Shown here: positions 25,833 to 37,900 of the stretch, in pieces
Layout: each line of letters begins with the position of its first letter
Numbering within the stretch: the first letter of the stretch is position 1
DNA from: a virus
Taxonomy: Duplodnaviria; Caudoviricetes
Reading direction: 5' to 3' (one strand)
Length of the DNA stretch: 40,681 nt
Virus record (IMG/VR): IMGVR_UViG_3300030329_001544
Span: 1-40,681 of that record
Notes under the pieces: model-generated
What the model saw: the letters and a program-made list of their open reading frames with translations, nothing else
The model's database searches: none
What the model was told of the DNA's origin: nothing
Made by a program: the position numbers and the translations under genes

Positions 25833-28800
25833 TGCCACCAGCCAAAAAGCAATCCGTTGAAATTAACTTTCCGCTCCAAGGTGTAGTTGAAGGAACGTCG
25901 CATTCTACACAGCCCCCCAACACAACATCTGACGCAAAGAACGTAATGCCGTTTGATGTTGATGAAGATCGTGCTCGTGGCGGTAGAAGAGAAGGCATTG
26001 TTAAATCAACAGATGCAGCAGTTACAACTGAGAAAATAGATTTCATTGGTGACGTAAGAGCAGAAAACACGACGACTATTAAAGCGGTTGGTGGAGTTTC
26101 TAAGTTTGATGTTGACCACGCGCTGTACCCTCAGCACGAAGGCAAAATTCACTTAAACAACATTAACGATGATCAAGAGCCAACCGAAACACAACTTGGT
26201 GGCAACTTAGGACACCCGTGGTTTTGCAGGTCAACGACAGGTATGACTTGGAACAAAACATCAACGTCCCACAACTGGAACACCCCTTCGACGACTTGGA
26301 TGGTGCATTATTCACGTACTGCTGGCGTTAGCCCTTTGTACGAAACAGCAAATTATTCTAGTAATCTTGCTACTTACGCTAAATCAATGAGAATGCTGGG
26401 ACACAATAGCGGTGTAATTAAAAAAACCACAGATGGTGTTCCGTATCTATCGCTTCGGCCTCACATGTGCCCAGTTCATGCGGGGTGTAATGAAGCAGGA
26501 GAGCCACTTAATAAGCATTCATGGGGGGAATGGATAGGCACGTTTGATCAAGGTAGTGATGCTCCATGTGGAACGGCTAACACTACGTTGACAAGCATGA
26601 TGGGAGTATATGACAAAAGCATAGAGTTTAAGAAAATGATTTCTCTTATGCCGTTGACCGAGTTTGATCAACACCCGTGGAACTCTGATCAAGATAAAGC
26701 ATACGCGACTAACCTGAAATTTAAAGCACCGATTGGGTACACCAAAGTTAACGGCGGGGTGTGGGGCGAAACTGTTAACGAGAAAAAGTATATAAAGTTT
26801 GTTAAAAGTAGCGCAGATGAAGATGTAAACGATCCTTCAAAAATCTACGACCCCTATTACGTGCAATGCCAAATAGAAAATGATGCTGATGCTATTGCTA
26901 ATTGGGATGAAGACCTTCACAGAATAGGCATTAGGGATTCCACGTTTGGTGGAGGGGGCAACTATCTAGGCTTTGGATCCAAAGGGCTATATCGCTGGGG
27001 ACTCGTGTTAAGAATTAACTACAGGTCTGATTATCCTACAAACACAGACATTGTTGGAACAAACTATTGGACGCAGTGGCACAACAACGATGTTGGTCAC
27101 TGGACCGATAATGGAAGTGACATAGATAAAGGTGTCATTTGCATATACTTTGAAAAAGACAACTCAATGACGGTAGGCGGTCACACAACAAGTTTAAAAA
27201 TTGCAGAACTGCGAGACGCTACGGGAACCGGCGCTTCGGTTCCGAGCGGTGACGGTCACCAGCCATATTACGGATTCCATGTCCAACCTATTGGGGGTTC
27301 AGGAGGCATTGTAATTGACTCAGAAGTATTTCCAAAAGAAGATACAGATATCCATACGTTGCAAATAAGAACTCAAGGTCAAGCCTTGAGTATTTACATT
27401 GACGGCGAGCACAAAATTACATATGAAGATATATCTTCTATTCTTCCAAACGTCGGTGGGTCAACAAACGCTGGACAAACAATTGATTCATATTCTCACT
27501 CAATGTTCTTTTATTGCAATGAGTATGGCGCAGTTAAACGAGGAAGTCAACCTACTAGCAATGATGCACTTCGTAAAGTCCTCCGTGCTCAACTGAAATA
27601 CTACGGTACGTTTGACTGGGCGTTGGTTGGAGACACGGATGGCAATTACGTTACTGAGTCAAAGACTGGATCTGATGAGTTGCGCCTGTATAACTGGGAT
27701 TGGCGAGAAGTAAACACGACGGCTGTTGGCGATGATTCTATTGTTGTTGTTTCAGACGGGAAAGTGTATGACGCCGACTCAGACAATCCTGATAATTTCC
27801 ATCTTAGATCATCAACTCAAGACATTGACACAAACGCTCGACGGATAGATGGAGTATCGTACTTTCAAAAACATTACTTTGTAGATGGAAAGAACTACAA
27901 AGAATATGACTCGTCATTTAAAACCGTATCGGATTGGAACGCAGATGGGGACGTAGTTCTTCCCGGCGGCGACGGTTCGACAGGTTCGCTTGGCGCAGGA
28001 ATAACTGACGGCAACGACCGATGCTCGATAATTGACAAGTTCATGGGCAGGATTGTCATGTCCGGCAAAGCGGATGAGCCACAGAACTGGTTTATGTCTG
28101 CGTTTGGCGATCCGGAAGATTGGGCAACAGACGGCGAGGTTGAGAACGGCGCTGCCGTCTCGGGGTCTAGTGGTCGTCTTGGTGAGCTGGCGGACCCTGT
28201 AACTGCTCTTGCACCCTCCGGTGACAGCAGGTTGGTTATCGGCGCATCTAACAGCATGTTTGCAATGACTGGCGATCCAGCAAACCCATCGACTCAAATC
28301 GTTACTTTGAGCAGGGACATAGGCATTGTTGGCCCAGATGCTTGGTGCTACGGTCCAAACAAGATTATGTATTTCATTAGCGAAAACGGGTTGTACGCAA
28401 TCCAGCCTAACGAATACTCTGTCTTGCAAACCAATAGGCTGTCTAGCGGAAAAATTGACAAGGTGTTTAAGAACCTTGACTTTTCTTCTGTGCACACACG
28501 CCTTGTGTATGATCAGACCAACCACGGGGTTCACATATTCCTTACCCCAACCAGACAATTAAACGATGCTCAAACGCATTATTACTTTGACACGAGGACC
28601 AACTCATTCTGGCCGATGGAATACCCAGCGGTTATTGGACCAACGTATGTGTTTGATTACAAGAATCCCGATCCATCTAGTCGATCAATTATGCTTGGTG
28701 GGTTTGACGGCAACATTAGAAAGTTTGAAGCGACTGCTTTGGACGATGACGGAACAGTCATTTCATCGCACGTATGGATTGGACCTATATCAATTTCAAG

Positions 28801-29080
28801 TATGCAAGAAACCAAGTTGATGGAACTTCTTGCAATCCTCGACGAGCAGACGCCGGGGTTGAATTACGAAGTATACGCAGCAGACACAGTTGAGCAAGCC
28901 AAGTCAGGGACACCAGTCATAACTGGCTCTTGGGTTGGCGGAAGAAACACGTATGTAAGGTCGCGTGCCAGAGGCGCTGCAATCTTTATCAAACTATTAG
29001 ACGGAACTAAGCAAGCCCCTTGGGCTTTGGAAAAACTTTCAGCAACACTTGCTGTAGCAGGCAAGGCAAGACAAAGGTAA
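25832..29080 (+). CDS. Tail nozzle / tail tubular protein B-like, with large internal insertion
   Basis: N-terminal FPLQG...AKNV..RGGRREG, C-terminal beta-propeller repeats (FMSAFGDPEDW, DIGIVGP, YFISENGLY, YYFDTRTNSFW). Confidence 0.75.
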   Translation: MPPAKKQSVEINFPLQGVVEGTSHSTQPPNTTSDAKNVMPFDVDEDRARGGRREGIVKSTDAAVTTEKIDFIGDVRAENTTTIKAVGGVSKFDVDHALYPQHEGKIHLNNINDDQEPTETQLGGNLGHPWFCRSTTGMTWNKTSTSHNWNTPSTTWMVHYSRTAGVSPLYETANYSSNLATYAKSMRMLGHNSGVIKKTTDGVPYLSLRPHMCPVHAGCNEAGEPLNKHSWGEWIGTFDQGSDAPCGTANTTLTSMMGVYDKSIEFKKMISLMPLTEFDQHPWNSDQDKAYATNLKFKAPIGYTKVNGGVWGETVNEKKYIKFVKSSADEDVNDPSKIYDPYYVQCQIENDADAIANWDEDLHRIGIRDSTFGGGGNYLGFGSKGLYRWGLVLRINYRSDYPTNTDIVGTNYWTQWHNNDVGHWTDNGSDIDKGVICIYFEKDNSMTVGGHTTSLKIAELRDATGTGASVPSGDGHQPYYGFHVQPIGGSGGIVIDSEVFPKEDTDIHTLQIRTQGQALSIYIDGEHKITYEDISSILPNVGGSTNAGQTIDSYSHSMFFYCNEYGAVKRGSQPTSNDALRKVLRAQLKYYGTFDWALVGDTDGNYVTESKTGSDELRLYNWDWREVNTTAVGDDSIVVVSDGKVYDADSDNPDNFHLRSSTQDIDTNARRIDGVSYFQKHYFVDGKNYKEYDSSFKTVSDWNADGDVVLPGGDGSTGSLGAGITDGNDRCSIIDKFMGRIVMSGKADEPQNWFMSAFGDPEDWATDGEVENGAAVSGSSGRLGELADPVTALAPSGDSRLVIGASNSMFAMTGDPANPSTQIVTLSRDIGIVGPDAWCYGPNKIMYFISENGLYAIQPNEYSVLQTNRLSSGKIDKVFKNLDFSSVHTRLVYDQTNHGVHIFLTPTRQLNDAQTHYYFDTRTNSFWPMEYPAVIGPTYVFDYKNPDPSSRSIMLGGFDGNIRKFEATALDDDGTVISSHVWIGPISISSMQETKLMELLAILDEQTPGLNYEVYAADTVEQAKSGTPVITGSWVGGRNTYVRSRARGAAIFIKLLDGTKQAPWALEKLSATLAVAGKARQR

Positions 29081-29085
29081 TCACA

Positions 29086-29691
29086 ATGGGATTTTTTAGC
29101 GATCTAATTGGCGGGAAAGAAACGACGGTTCACCCTGACCCTTACGGCTTGGGTATGAAAAACTATAAGATGTACGTAAAGAACCGAAAGAAACAGTTTG
29201 AACTGTTTGCTAGACAGTATAAATATGACAGGGAAGCTCTTCAACGATCTATTGAAGAGTTGCAAACTCAACCTGTAATTCCGGGCGGCGCTTTAAAAGA
29301 GTTTGAACAGCAATCCGGCAAGCAAGAAAAAGCATTTTCGTTGGGTGCTGCAAACCGTGGGTTTTACTCGTCAACTGTCCCCGGCTCAATGGCTGGTCAC
29401 GCAAGGTCTAGGGCATATACGAGCCTCATGCGTCACTATGGAGACAGGAGACAAGACAGGCTTGACAAACTTCAAATGACATATCGTGCTATGCCGGGCC
29501 AGTATACCCGAGGCTTGGGTGGCCTGCATTCTGCCATGCCATCGGGAATGGCAGGAATGCTTAAATCACGAGCGCTTATGGGCGCTGCTCCGTACTCAGT
29601 TCGTACCGGCGGGATGTTTGGCGGAGTTGGTGACGCATTGTTTGGTGCTGCTGGTTCAGCAATTGGCGGTGGCCTTTTGGGTCTTATTTAA
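29086..29691 (+). CDS. Putative DNA ejection/transfer protein
   Basis: MGFFSDLIGG start, A.RGFYSS motif, Gly/Ala-rich hydrophobic C-terminus; follows the nozzle gene. Confidence 0.6.
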   Translation: MGFFSDLIGGKETTVHPDPYGLGMKNYKMYVKNRKKQFELFARQYKYDREALQRSIEELQTQPVIPGGALKEFEQQSGKQEKAFSLGAANRGFYSSTVPGSMAGHARSRAYTSLMRHYGDRRQDRLDKLQMTYRAMPGQYTRGLGGLHSAMPSGMAGMLKSRALMGAAPYSVRTGGMFGGVGDALFGAAGSAIGGGLLGLI

Positions 29692-29709
29692 TTAAAGGTA
29701 GAAAATAAA

Positions 29710-30126
29710 ATGGCATCAGTTTCAAATTTTGCACAGTACGGAAGTCACCTAACAAATCTTGTTCTTGGTCAGGAAAAGCACAACTATCAGTTGATCAAAG
29801 AAGATCGTGATCATCGTATGGCGCAAAAACTTAAAGAAGAAGAAATCAAGGCAAGAAGAATGAATCAGTTGCTTGGTCCGTTGGCTGGAGTTGTTGGTGC
29901 GGCTGCTGGCTCAGGTCTTATGAACCAACTGGGAAGTTTGTTTGGCGGCGGAGGATCGCCAGCAAGCGCCATGGGTTCCGATTCGTTTGGACAGCAAGCG
30001 TCAAGGAACATTCCGGGTGGATTTGGGAATCCAACATACGGCTCACAAACAAGCCCAGTGTGGCAAAACCCAAGCATTGGCAGTAATTGGAATTACATGA
30101 CGGGCCAACAAAACCTTCCGTACTAA
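29710..30126 (+). CDS. Putative ejection protein
   Basis: Gly-rich amphipathic segment; module position. Confidence 0.55.
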   Translation: MASVSNFAQYGSHLTNLVLGQEKHNYQLIKEDRDHRMAQKLKEEEIKARRMNQLLGPLAGVVGAAAGSGLMNQLGSLFGGGGSPASAMGSDSFGQQASRNIPGGFGNPTYGSQTSPVWQNPSIGSNWNYMTGQQNLPY

Positions 30127-30149
30127 TTCACATCGATAGGCAACGAGAA

Positions 30150-31973
30150 ATGACAGCATTACCTAACACAAATAACTCAGTTGGAATTACACCTGAAGAA
30201 CAGCAGGCGGTGGACAAAGAATGGTTGCAGCAGCAGGGTATGCCGTTTAAAGACCCTGTTGGTATGCTTGATATAGCGCAGAACCAAACCCCAACAGAAA
30301 TGGATGATGCTCAGTTTCACGTTGATGAAGCCGAAAAAAGAGTTGCCGATATTATGCAGCAACTTCAAAACCGCAATACAACTCCAGAACAAACACAGGC
30401 GTTGCAGCGTGAGGCTATTAAGGCAAGAGGCGAACTGAAAGCAAGAGGCGTAGTTCTGGCTGAAATGGCTACGCCCAGAATGATTGATCCCGCCAAGCAC
30501 GCGAAGCAGGACATGCTCCCCGGCGAGGTGTGGCGCAATCCCAATCGCGGTGCTGAGCAGCAGCGTATTGTCATCTTGCCGGGCACTGGGCAGATGGTGA
30601 TGATAGACAAGGACACTGGCTGGACAGTTCAGTTGAACAAGGACCAAGCCAAGATGTTGATCACAAGCGCAGATGTTGCGCGTGGTGAGCAGATCAGGCA
30701 AGAAGAAGCAGACAACGCTCGCATCGCATACCAACGTGACACTGAATCGTTAAGATACGCCATTCAGCAAAACGAACAAACAAACAGGTTTATGATGGAC
30801 GCCCGTTGGAGCGTGCTTGATTCTATGGATCCTGATGTTGCAGACAAACTTGCGCCTATCTATCAAAGGTTAGACGAGTATTTGGGCGTGCTTTCGCCGC
30901 CTGAATTTCAAGAATTTGTAGAGCAGTTGGAGTCGGTCGTTACGGATTGGGTAGGAAGCCCAGAAGAATTGGCATTATCTGAAGCAGAACAAAATCGGTT
31001 GTTTAAATCTCTGCAAGATGAAATGATCAAAGAACGACTTGATTACAATAAATTCCAAATTGACATGCTTAAGCCACAAGAGGACGCCGCTTCGGCAGAA
31101 GTAAGAATGCGGCGTAATGCACTTGAAGATTGCCAGAAAGACCTAGATAGGTATAAGAACCTCTCTAAAGAAGATAAAGAGGTTGCAAATTCACTTGGAA
31201 CTGTGCAGAGTAATTTAGAAAAACGAGAACGAGATGCCCAAGAAAAGTTAGATAAAGCGCTTACAACTCTAAACGGAATTAGAGATCAAAAGTTTCAAAT
31301 TCAAAACGAGGGTGTTATAGCAAAGTTAATAGCCGCAGAAGATTTGAATGAAATTGCCGAGACAAATCCAAGACGAGCGTATTCGTCAAGTGGTCCGTTC
31401 ATGAGAGTTATCCAAGCAGTTGCTGAAGCAATGGGCCATGATGTGCAAAGTGAAAAGTTTGTAGCATACCTTTCAGACCCAGAATCTTTGTATCAGTTTA
31501 TTGAAATGTGCAGAGATTATGCGTATCACAAGGGTGGCGCAGAAGACCCCGGAGACGCGGAGCACTGGGAAGCAACCATAGTTGGACAGCTTGCATTTAC
31601 TCAACAGCAACGCGAACAGATGGCCTTGTACGCTGAGGCCAAAGCGGCACAGGACGCTGATGCGGCAAGACAGTATGTTCAAGAGCAGCAGCAGCAGCAG
31701 CAACAACAGCAGCCGACGGAAGCAACTCCGGCGGCTCCCGCTACTGCTGGCGAGTCGGTTGCGTTTGACCCCAGCAGCACAGAGTGGCTTGCGAATCCAA
31801 GTGTGACAAACGATCTAATGCAAGCCGTTGGTCCCCCCCCTCCAACTGGCGTAAATGATGTTGACTATCAAGGTAAAATTGTTTCTTGGATGATAGAAAA
31901 CAATGTTCCAATTGATCAAGCAGATGAAATAAACATGTTTATCTCGCAGCAATCTACAGCCACAACTCCGTAA
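30150..31973 (+). CDS. Internal virion / ejection protein (coiled-coil rich)
   Basis: 607 aa, Q/E/A-rich helices, poly-Gln near 31680-31711; precedes the giant gene. Confidence 0.7.
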   Translation: MTALPNTNNSVGITPEEQQAVDKEWLQQQGMPFKDPVGMLDIAQNQTPTEMDDAQFHVDEAEKRVADIMQQLQNRNTTPEQTQALQREAIKARGELKARGVVLAEMATPRMIDPAKHAKQDMLPGEVWRNPNRGAEQQRIVILPGTGQMVMIDKDTGWTVQLNKDQAKMLITSADVARGEQIRQEEADNARIAYQRDTESLRYAIQQNEQTNRFMMDARWSVLDSMDPDVADKLAPIYQRLDEYLGVLSPPEFQEFVEQLESVVTDWVGSPEELALSEAEQNRLFKSLQDEMIKERLDYNKFQIDMLKPQEDAASAEVRMRRNALEDCQKDLDRYKNLSKEDKEVANSLGTVQSNLEKRERDAQEKLDKALTTLNGIRDQKFQIQNEGVIAKLIAAEDLNEIAETNPRRAYSSSGPFMRVIQAVAEAMGHDVQSEKFVAYLSDPESLYQFIEMCRDYAYHKGGAEDPGDAEHWEATIVGQLAFTQQQREQMALYAEAKAAQDADAARQYVQEQQQQQQQQQPTEATPAAPATAGESVAFDPSSTEWLANPSVTNDLMQAVGPPPPTGVNDVDYQGKIVSWMIENNVPIDQADEINMFISQQSTATTP

Positions 31974-31986
31974 CAAGTGAACTTAA

Positions 31987-34900
31987 ATGCTTGAAACGCC
32001 AACGACCCAAACCGATCAAGGTGTTCCACTTGGTTCACCTGCGCCAGAAGCACAAAGTATTAACACTCTTGAGTTGGGGTTGCTTGAACACCACAGAAAA
32101 AACTTAAGAGACAAGACTTACTTTGAAAGTGATGATGGCTACATAACAACCATTAACACAATTGGCGTGACGGTTGATGGCAAGCATTACATGATCCCCG
32201 GCTATGTGAATGGCAAGATGTTGGATCATGATCAGGCGGTGGAAAATGCAAAGGCTGTAGGGTGGGGCAACTTTCCTTCATACTCAACGATGGAGGAGTT
32301 TGAAACAGCGGACAAGCGACTTCACGAGCAAATCGACAAAGACATGAAGGACTATCTTAAGTCGGTAGGACAGCCTGCTTGGATGCCTGACGTTCGTGCT
32401 GCTGCTACTGAGTTGCGGAATCAGGAAGAGAAGAGAGTCCGAGAAGAACTTGAATCACGTAGAGCCAAACGTGCTCCGAGTACTCGTCCATCCATAAAAG
32501 AGAAGGTAGAACTTAGTGGAACTGGATTGAGTGTTGTAAGTGATCCACCTGAAGTACAAGAGACAGAGCACATTCAAAACTTGCAGGAGCGTCTTGATTC
32601 TCTTGACCAGTTTGAAGATGCAGTCACAGACACACTTTCGTTGGAAAGAGAAAAGGCCGACTTTACTCTCCGGGCACAGTACGACAGAAGGAAAATGGGC
32701 CAAGAGTTGTACACGGAAGAAGACCTTGACAAGTTGTTCGAGGTGTACATTAAGGACCGTGATGTTCTTAAACTGAATCGTGTCCGAGATAAGATTGGAA
32801 TGCCTCCGCTTCCGCCCGAAGCGTTTGAGCCAGCAGGTTTCACTGAGTCGTTTGCCGAAGAGGCTTACTGGCCGATCATGGGTACGATCAACGAGGCAAA
32901 TTATCTAATTGATTTGTACAAAATAGCTAAACGTGTTCAGGACGGAGAGGGTACTCCGCAAGACGAGAAACGTCTTATAGAACACTGGGCAACAACAGAA
33001 CAACTTAGGATTAGGGGCCGCACATTTTTAGGTGGGGCTGCTTCTATCACTGCTCAGTCTCTTCCATTCATGGCCGAGATTGTTATTACCGGTGGCATTG
33101 GCGCAGCTGGAAAGAAGGCTTTGGCTAAGGCTGGGTTTGAGGGCGGGGAAAGAATAATTGGCAAAGTAGTCAAGAACACCATCGACAAGATAACGAGTGG
33201 TGGTGTAACCAAAGTTGTCGGAGCCTTGGCTAAGAATAGGTCAGGAAGTATTGCACTTAAAACGATAGGCGGTGCAAAAGACATTGCAGTCAACGAAGCA
33301 ATACGAAGCACTGCACTTGGATTTGGAACAGGCAGGATTGAAGCAGATGCCATAAGAGAAATTCTTCAGATAGATGTAAGTGAAGATGTGCTTGGCGATC
33401 TTGATTTGTTTGTAAGCGTGCCCACTTCGATTAGCGGCGAAGCATGGATGAGGGCTTGGGCTAAGAACTATGTCGAGTATGTGTCTGAAAGAACTGGCAT
33501 TGTCCTGACTAAAGGTCTTGTTCCCGGTGCGAAAAAAGCAGTCAGTGCAGTTGCACCCCGTCAGATCAACGAAGTAGTTTCCAAAATGAAGAAGGCTATT
33601 GCAGCCAAGTGGATGTCAAACAATCCAAGAGCAAAACTTACAGACTTCAGTAAGTTTCTTGCTGACAGGGGTGGGTATCACGGCGTACTGGGCGAGGACT
33701 TTGAAGAGTGGATTGGTGCTGCAATGCACTACGGCATTGACGCTGCCACTATGGAAGACGCTGAAATGCACATCCCCGGTTTGGAGGAATGGCTTCAGCG
33801 CCTTGTTGGGTTTGCTATTCCTATGGGTGGGCATGTAGCAGCCGGTGCTGCTGTAACACCATTGGCACGCAGGTCTGCGGCTGGTGCGCTTGATAAAAAA
33901 AGGACTGAGGGTCGTCTTAGAGGTGTACGAAGGCAGCAGGAGGGGATACTGCGACCAGAAGAACAGCCTGCAATCGTCTCGGAATTGCAGAATGAAGTAG
34001 GGAATATCGGAGAGGTTGTAGAGGGCGAGGATGTAACCATTGCCAGAATTACAAATGAAGAGGGGGTAGTGGTAGGGGAAGTAGCAGCCAGTTCTGAGAA
34101 GGCTGAAGAGGTAGAGGAACACATCAGGACGCGGTTGGCTCCCGAAGAGTATGAGAATCTGGAAGTGTCCATGATTCCTCTGGCGGACATCCAAGCAGAG
34201 TTAGAAACACAGGCTGAGTCGGTAGAAGCAGAGGCTGCCGCTCTTGCACCGAGAGGTGGGATGGCGCGGGCTGAGGCTGCTGAGGCTGCCGAGGCTGTTG
34301 ACGTTGAGATCAAGAATGAACTTGACGCAGTTGCACAATCTGCGAGCGATAAGTTTGATGACACCCACACCATCACACCGACCCCGGTGGAAGAGCAGGA
34401 ACGTGGTGTACAACTTATCTCACAGGCAATGGGCAGGGCAGGGATCCGTGTTGTCCCGGTTGACATTACATCGGAAAGCGGCAGTCCAAAGATCGGCGGC
34501 GCTCAATTGCCGTCCAGACCTGACGTTGTGTTTGTTCAGGACACAAGCAAGATTACCGACCCGAAAGAAAGACGCAAGGCGTTTGCCAAGAACTTCCTTG
34601 GCATCCTTGCTCACGAGGTTACCCACAGTCTTGAGTCTATGAATGCAGGGCTATACAACTTCTTGATTCTTAGGGGCAGGAAAGAAACTGAGCGTGGCCG
34701 CAGAGATTACGCGGGTACTGAGGCTGGCGAGGCGCTCGATGCAGGATACGAGTCAGAACTTTCAGAGGGTCTTGCCACTGCTATTCAAAAAATAATTGAG
34801 TCAGGCCGTGTATCGCTGGACCCAACCGAGAAAAAAATGTGGGGTCAGTTGAAGGACTGGCTCAACGGTTGGGTGAACCGCACCGGCCTGCGTGGTTCGT

Positions 34901-37900
34901 TTGCTAAGGAGGCTCAGAAGTTTGTTGACAGACTCATTGCAGGCGAGAACATCGCGGAGATAGAACTGCCCGGCCAGAGGAAGGAACTTGAGCGTGCGCG
35001 TCGTGAGGGACTGCTTGCCGCTGAAGGTGTTGCGGGCAGGGAAAGGGCTGAGGCCGAGGCAAGGTTTGCTCCACTACCCGGCGTAACAAGAGAAGACATT
35101 GAGACTGAGCCTGACCTGAGTGTTCGCTTCGCACCCGCACCTGCCGTCAACACGCCTGAGTTCCGCCGCTGGTTCAAGGACTCGAAGGTGGTGGATGAAC
35201 AGGGCAACCCGCTGGTTATGTACCACGGGACAGGAAAAGCAGAAGGATTTAACGAGTTTAATCCTGACATGACTGGTTTGGGATTAGATCAGTTGGGAAG
35301 TGGGTTTTATTTTACGACAGACCCAAATGAGGCTTCTCTGTACACAACTCGAATATCAGCATTGGCTAACCCAAGTGATGCAAAGTTAGGCGGTGACAGT
35401 TCTCCGGGTGTTTTGCCTGTTTACCTAAGCATACAAAATCCATTAAAAGTAAAAGGTTCTAATCTTAGAGATGTCGATATTGACTTAACTCCAAGTCAAG
35501 CAGAAGCAATAATTAGATATTCTCCTGACCTGTATCACCCTGATGATTCACCAATTGGAAACTGGTACGATATTTGGGATGGAGGTTTGCAAGATTGGAT
35601 GATTACAGATGTGTCTGCAAATTACGCGGGACCGTCATTTATGTCGCTGGAAAATGACTTTTTTAGGGACAACTCGACTGCGTTTAGGCGTGCGCTATAC
35701 GAAGTCTTGGGCTACGACGGAGTAGTGAAAGAGTTTGATGGTAATAAAAAACATTATGTGGCTTGGTTTCCTACCCAAATCAAATCATCTATCGGCAACA
35801 CTGGATCGTTCGACCCGGCTCAAGCAGACATCCGCTTCGCACCCGCACCTGCTGCCCCGCTTGAACTAGGTGTCTTACATTCCAAGATGGAACAGGTTCT
35901 GCGTGATACCCCGCAGCGCAAGTGGACATCAGGCCAACTCCGTGCGTACCTCACCAAGCAGGGCGTGAAGCAAGAGGAGATGTTCTGGTCAGGCATGGAG
36001 GACTACCTGAAAGAGAACCCGAAGGTGGACTTGGATGAGATGGGAGACATCTTCACCAGTACCGGGTTGAGTGAGGTGGTGAAGGGGGCTGTGGATACAG
36101 AAGTGGATTTCGATGGTCCGTTTACCAGTCCCGAGGGGGATACCTATTACGAATACACTAACCAACATGGCCCGCATGAAATCAAATCAGAAGGAGGTTG
36201 GTGGAACCTTTACTCTAAGAGTGTTGGGGCAAGTAAAGAACCGTATTTCCGCTTCAAGACTCTCCCCAAAGCAAAAGATTATTTTGCCAGATCGCTGGAA
36301 ACTACCGACAAGTACAGCGCCTACCAACTTCCCGGCGAGAAGGAAGACTACCGGGAACTGCTTATCGGGCTGCCGATCGTGGAAGGTACGTTCGAGTCCT
36401 CCCACTGGGAAGAATTTGACGTTCTAGTTCACGTTCGATACAACACCCGCCGTGGTCCCAACGGTGAGAAGATCCTGTTCATAGAGGAGATCCAGAGCGA
36501 CTGGCATCAGCAGGGTAGGAAGAAGGGGTATGCGAAGCCTATTGACACCACGGGGTGGACTGTAAAGGATCATGTTGGTGATACCGGATACGTTGTCTTT
36601 AACGAAAAAGGGGAAAGAGTTACGTTCGTGGATATAGAACGGGGTGGGGTTGAAGTAGAGGCAATGGCTATAGATAGGGCCGCTTCTTCTTTGCGTGACA
36701 GACAATCAACTGTCCCCGACGCACCCTTCAAGAAGACATGGCAAGACCTCGCATTGAAGCGGATGGTCGGCGAGGCTGTGAAGGGTGAGTTCGATGCGAT
36801 TGCTTGGACAACGGGCAGACAGCAGGCGGATCGGTACGAGAAGATCCTGATTGAGAATGCCGATCAAGTCATCGTCTCATCGCAACCAAACGGAAGGTAC
36901 GTTGTTGGTGCGATGCAGGGTGGTCGCCCCGGTGCTACCGAGGAAGTTGATCAGGATGAACTGGCGGACTACATCGGCAAGGACATGGCTGTCGATGCCA
37001 TCGAGCGAATCGAAGCAGGCGAAAGTACAGTCACGTTTGAGACTGAAGACTTCACCGTAGGCGGCAAGGGGATGGAAGGTTTCTATGACCGCATCCTCCC
37101 AATTTCTGCTAACAAGATTGGCAAGAAGTATGGGGCCAAGGTTGAGAACATCGAGATGCAGACGGGGACGCAGAAGTCTCTGCCCATCACCGAGAGCTTG
37201 AGTGAAACGGTCGAGACTGTCGGCCTGCCCAAGTTCGCACCCGCACCTGCACTTGGTCCGAATGTTCCTCGATCATCAGTGGGCATTAGACTTAACCCTG
37301 AGAAGCATCGCAAAGCGATTGAAGAGTTCGCTGCCAAGAGAACTGTTGGCGGCAAGCCCGCCGGAAAGCGGATCACTGTTCGCGTTGTTGGCGAATACTT
37401 GCAGGAACTTGTCCGGTCAGAGCAGGGTGCTGTCGATCTAAAACTGATCACAAGCCAACGCGCTCGCAGCGAGAACAAAAAGAAATATCCGAAAGACGAA
37501 GCCGCAAGAGCCGAGCAGATCGAGGCCATGTCGGACGCAATGGTCGATGAGGTTCTGTATCAGAACACTATCGACCAAGAGGGTCTTGAGTGGTACACGC
37601 AAAACATTGTAGACACGCTTGAGGTTATGTCGTTTGCTTTCCCAGAGGTGGCAACCGACCCCTTGGCTAAACAAACGCTTGTCGCATTCATGGCAATCAC
37701 CTCCTCCGAGAACTCGGTGGAAGAGAACTTGAACAACGCAATCATGGCTTACGAGGCGTACCGACTTGACGGTTCTATCGAAGCCGATCTTGCTTGGCGA
37801 GGCAAGTCTATTGATAGTGTCCGCAAAAACATGATCAAGTTCTCACGCTTTATGAGTTCACACTCAACCCCGCAAGAAGCGTTTGATTGGATGAACAGGA

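Noticed and set aside
31680-31711. (CAG/CAA)n microsatellite as a phase-variation site
   Set aside because: It is a triplet repeat encoding a poly-Gln linker; length changes keep the frame.
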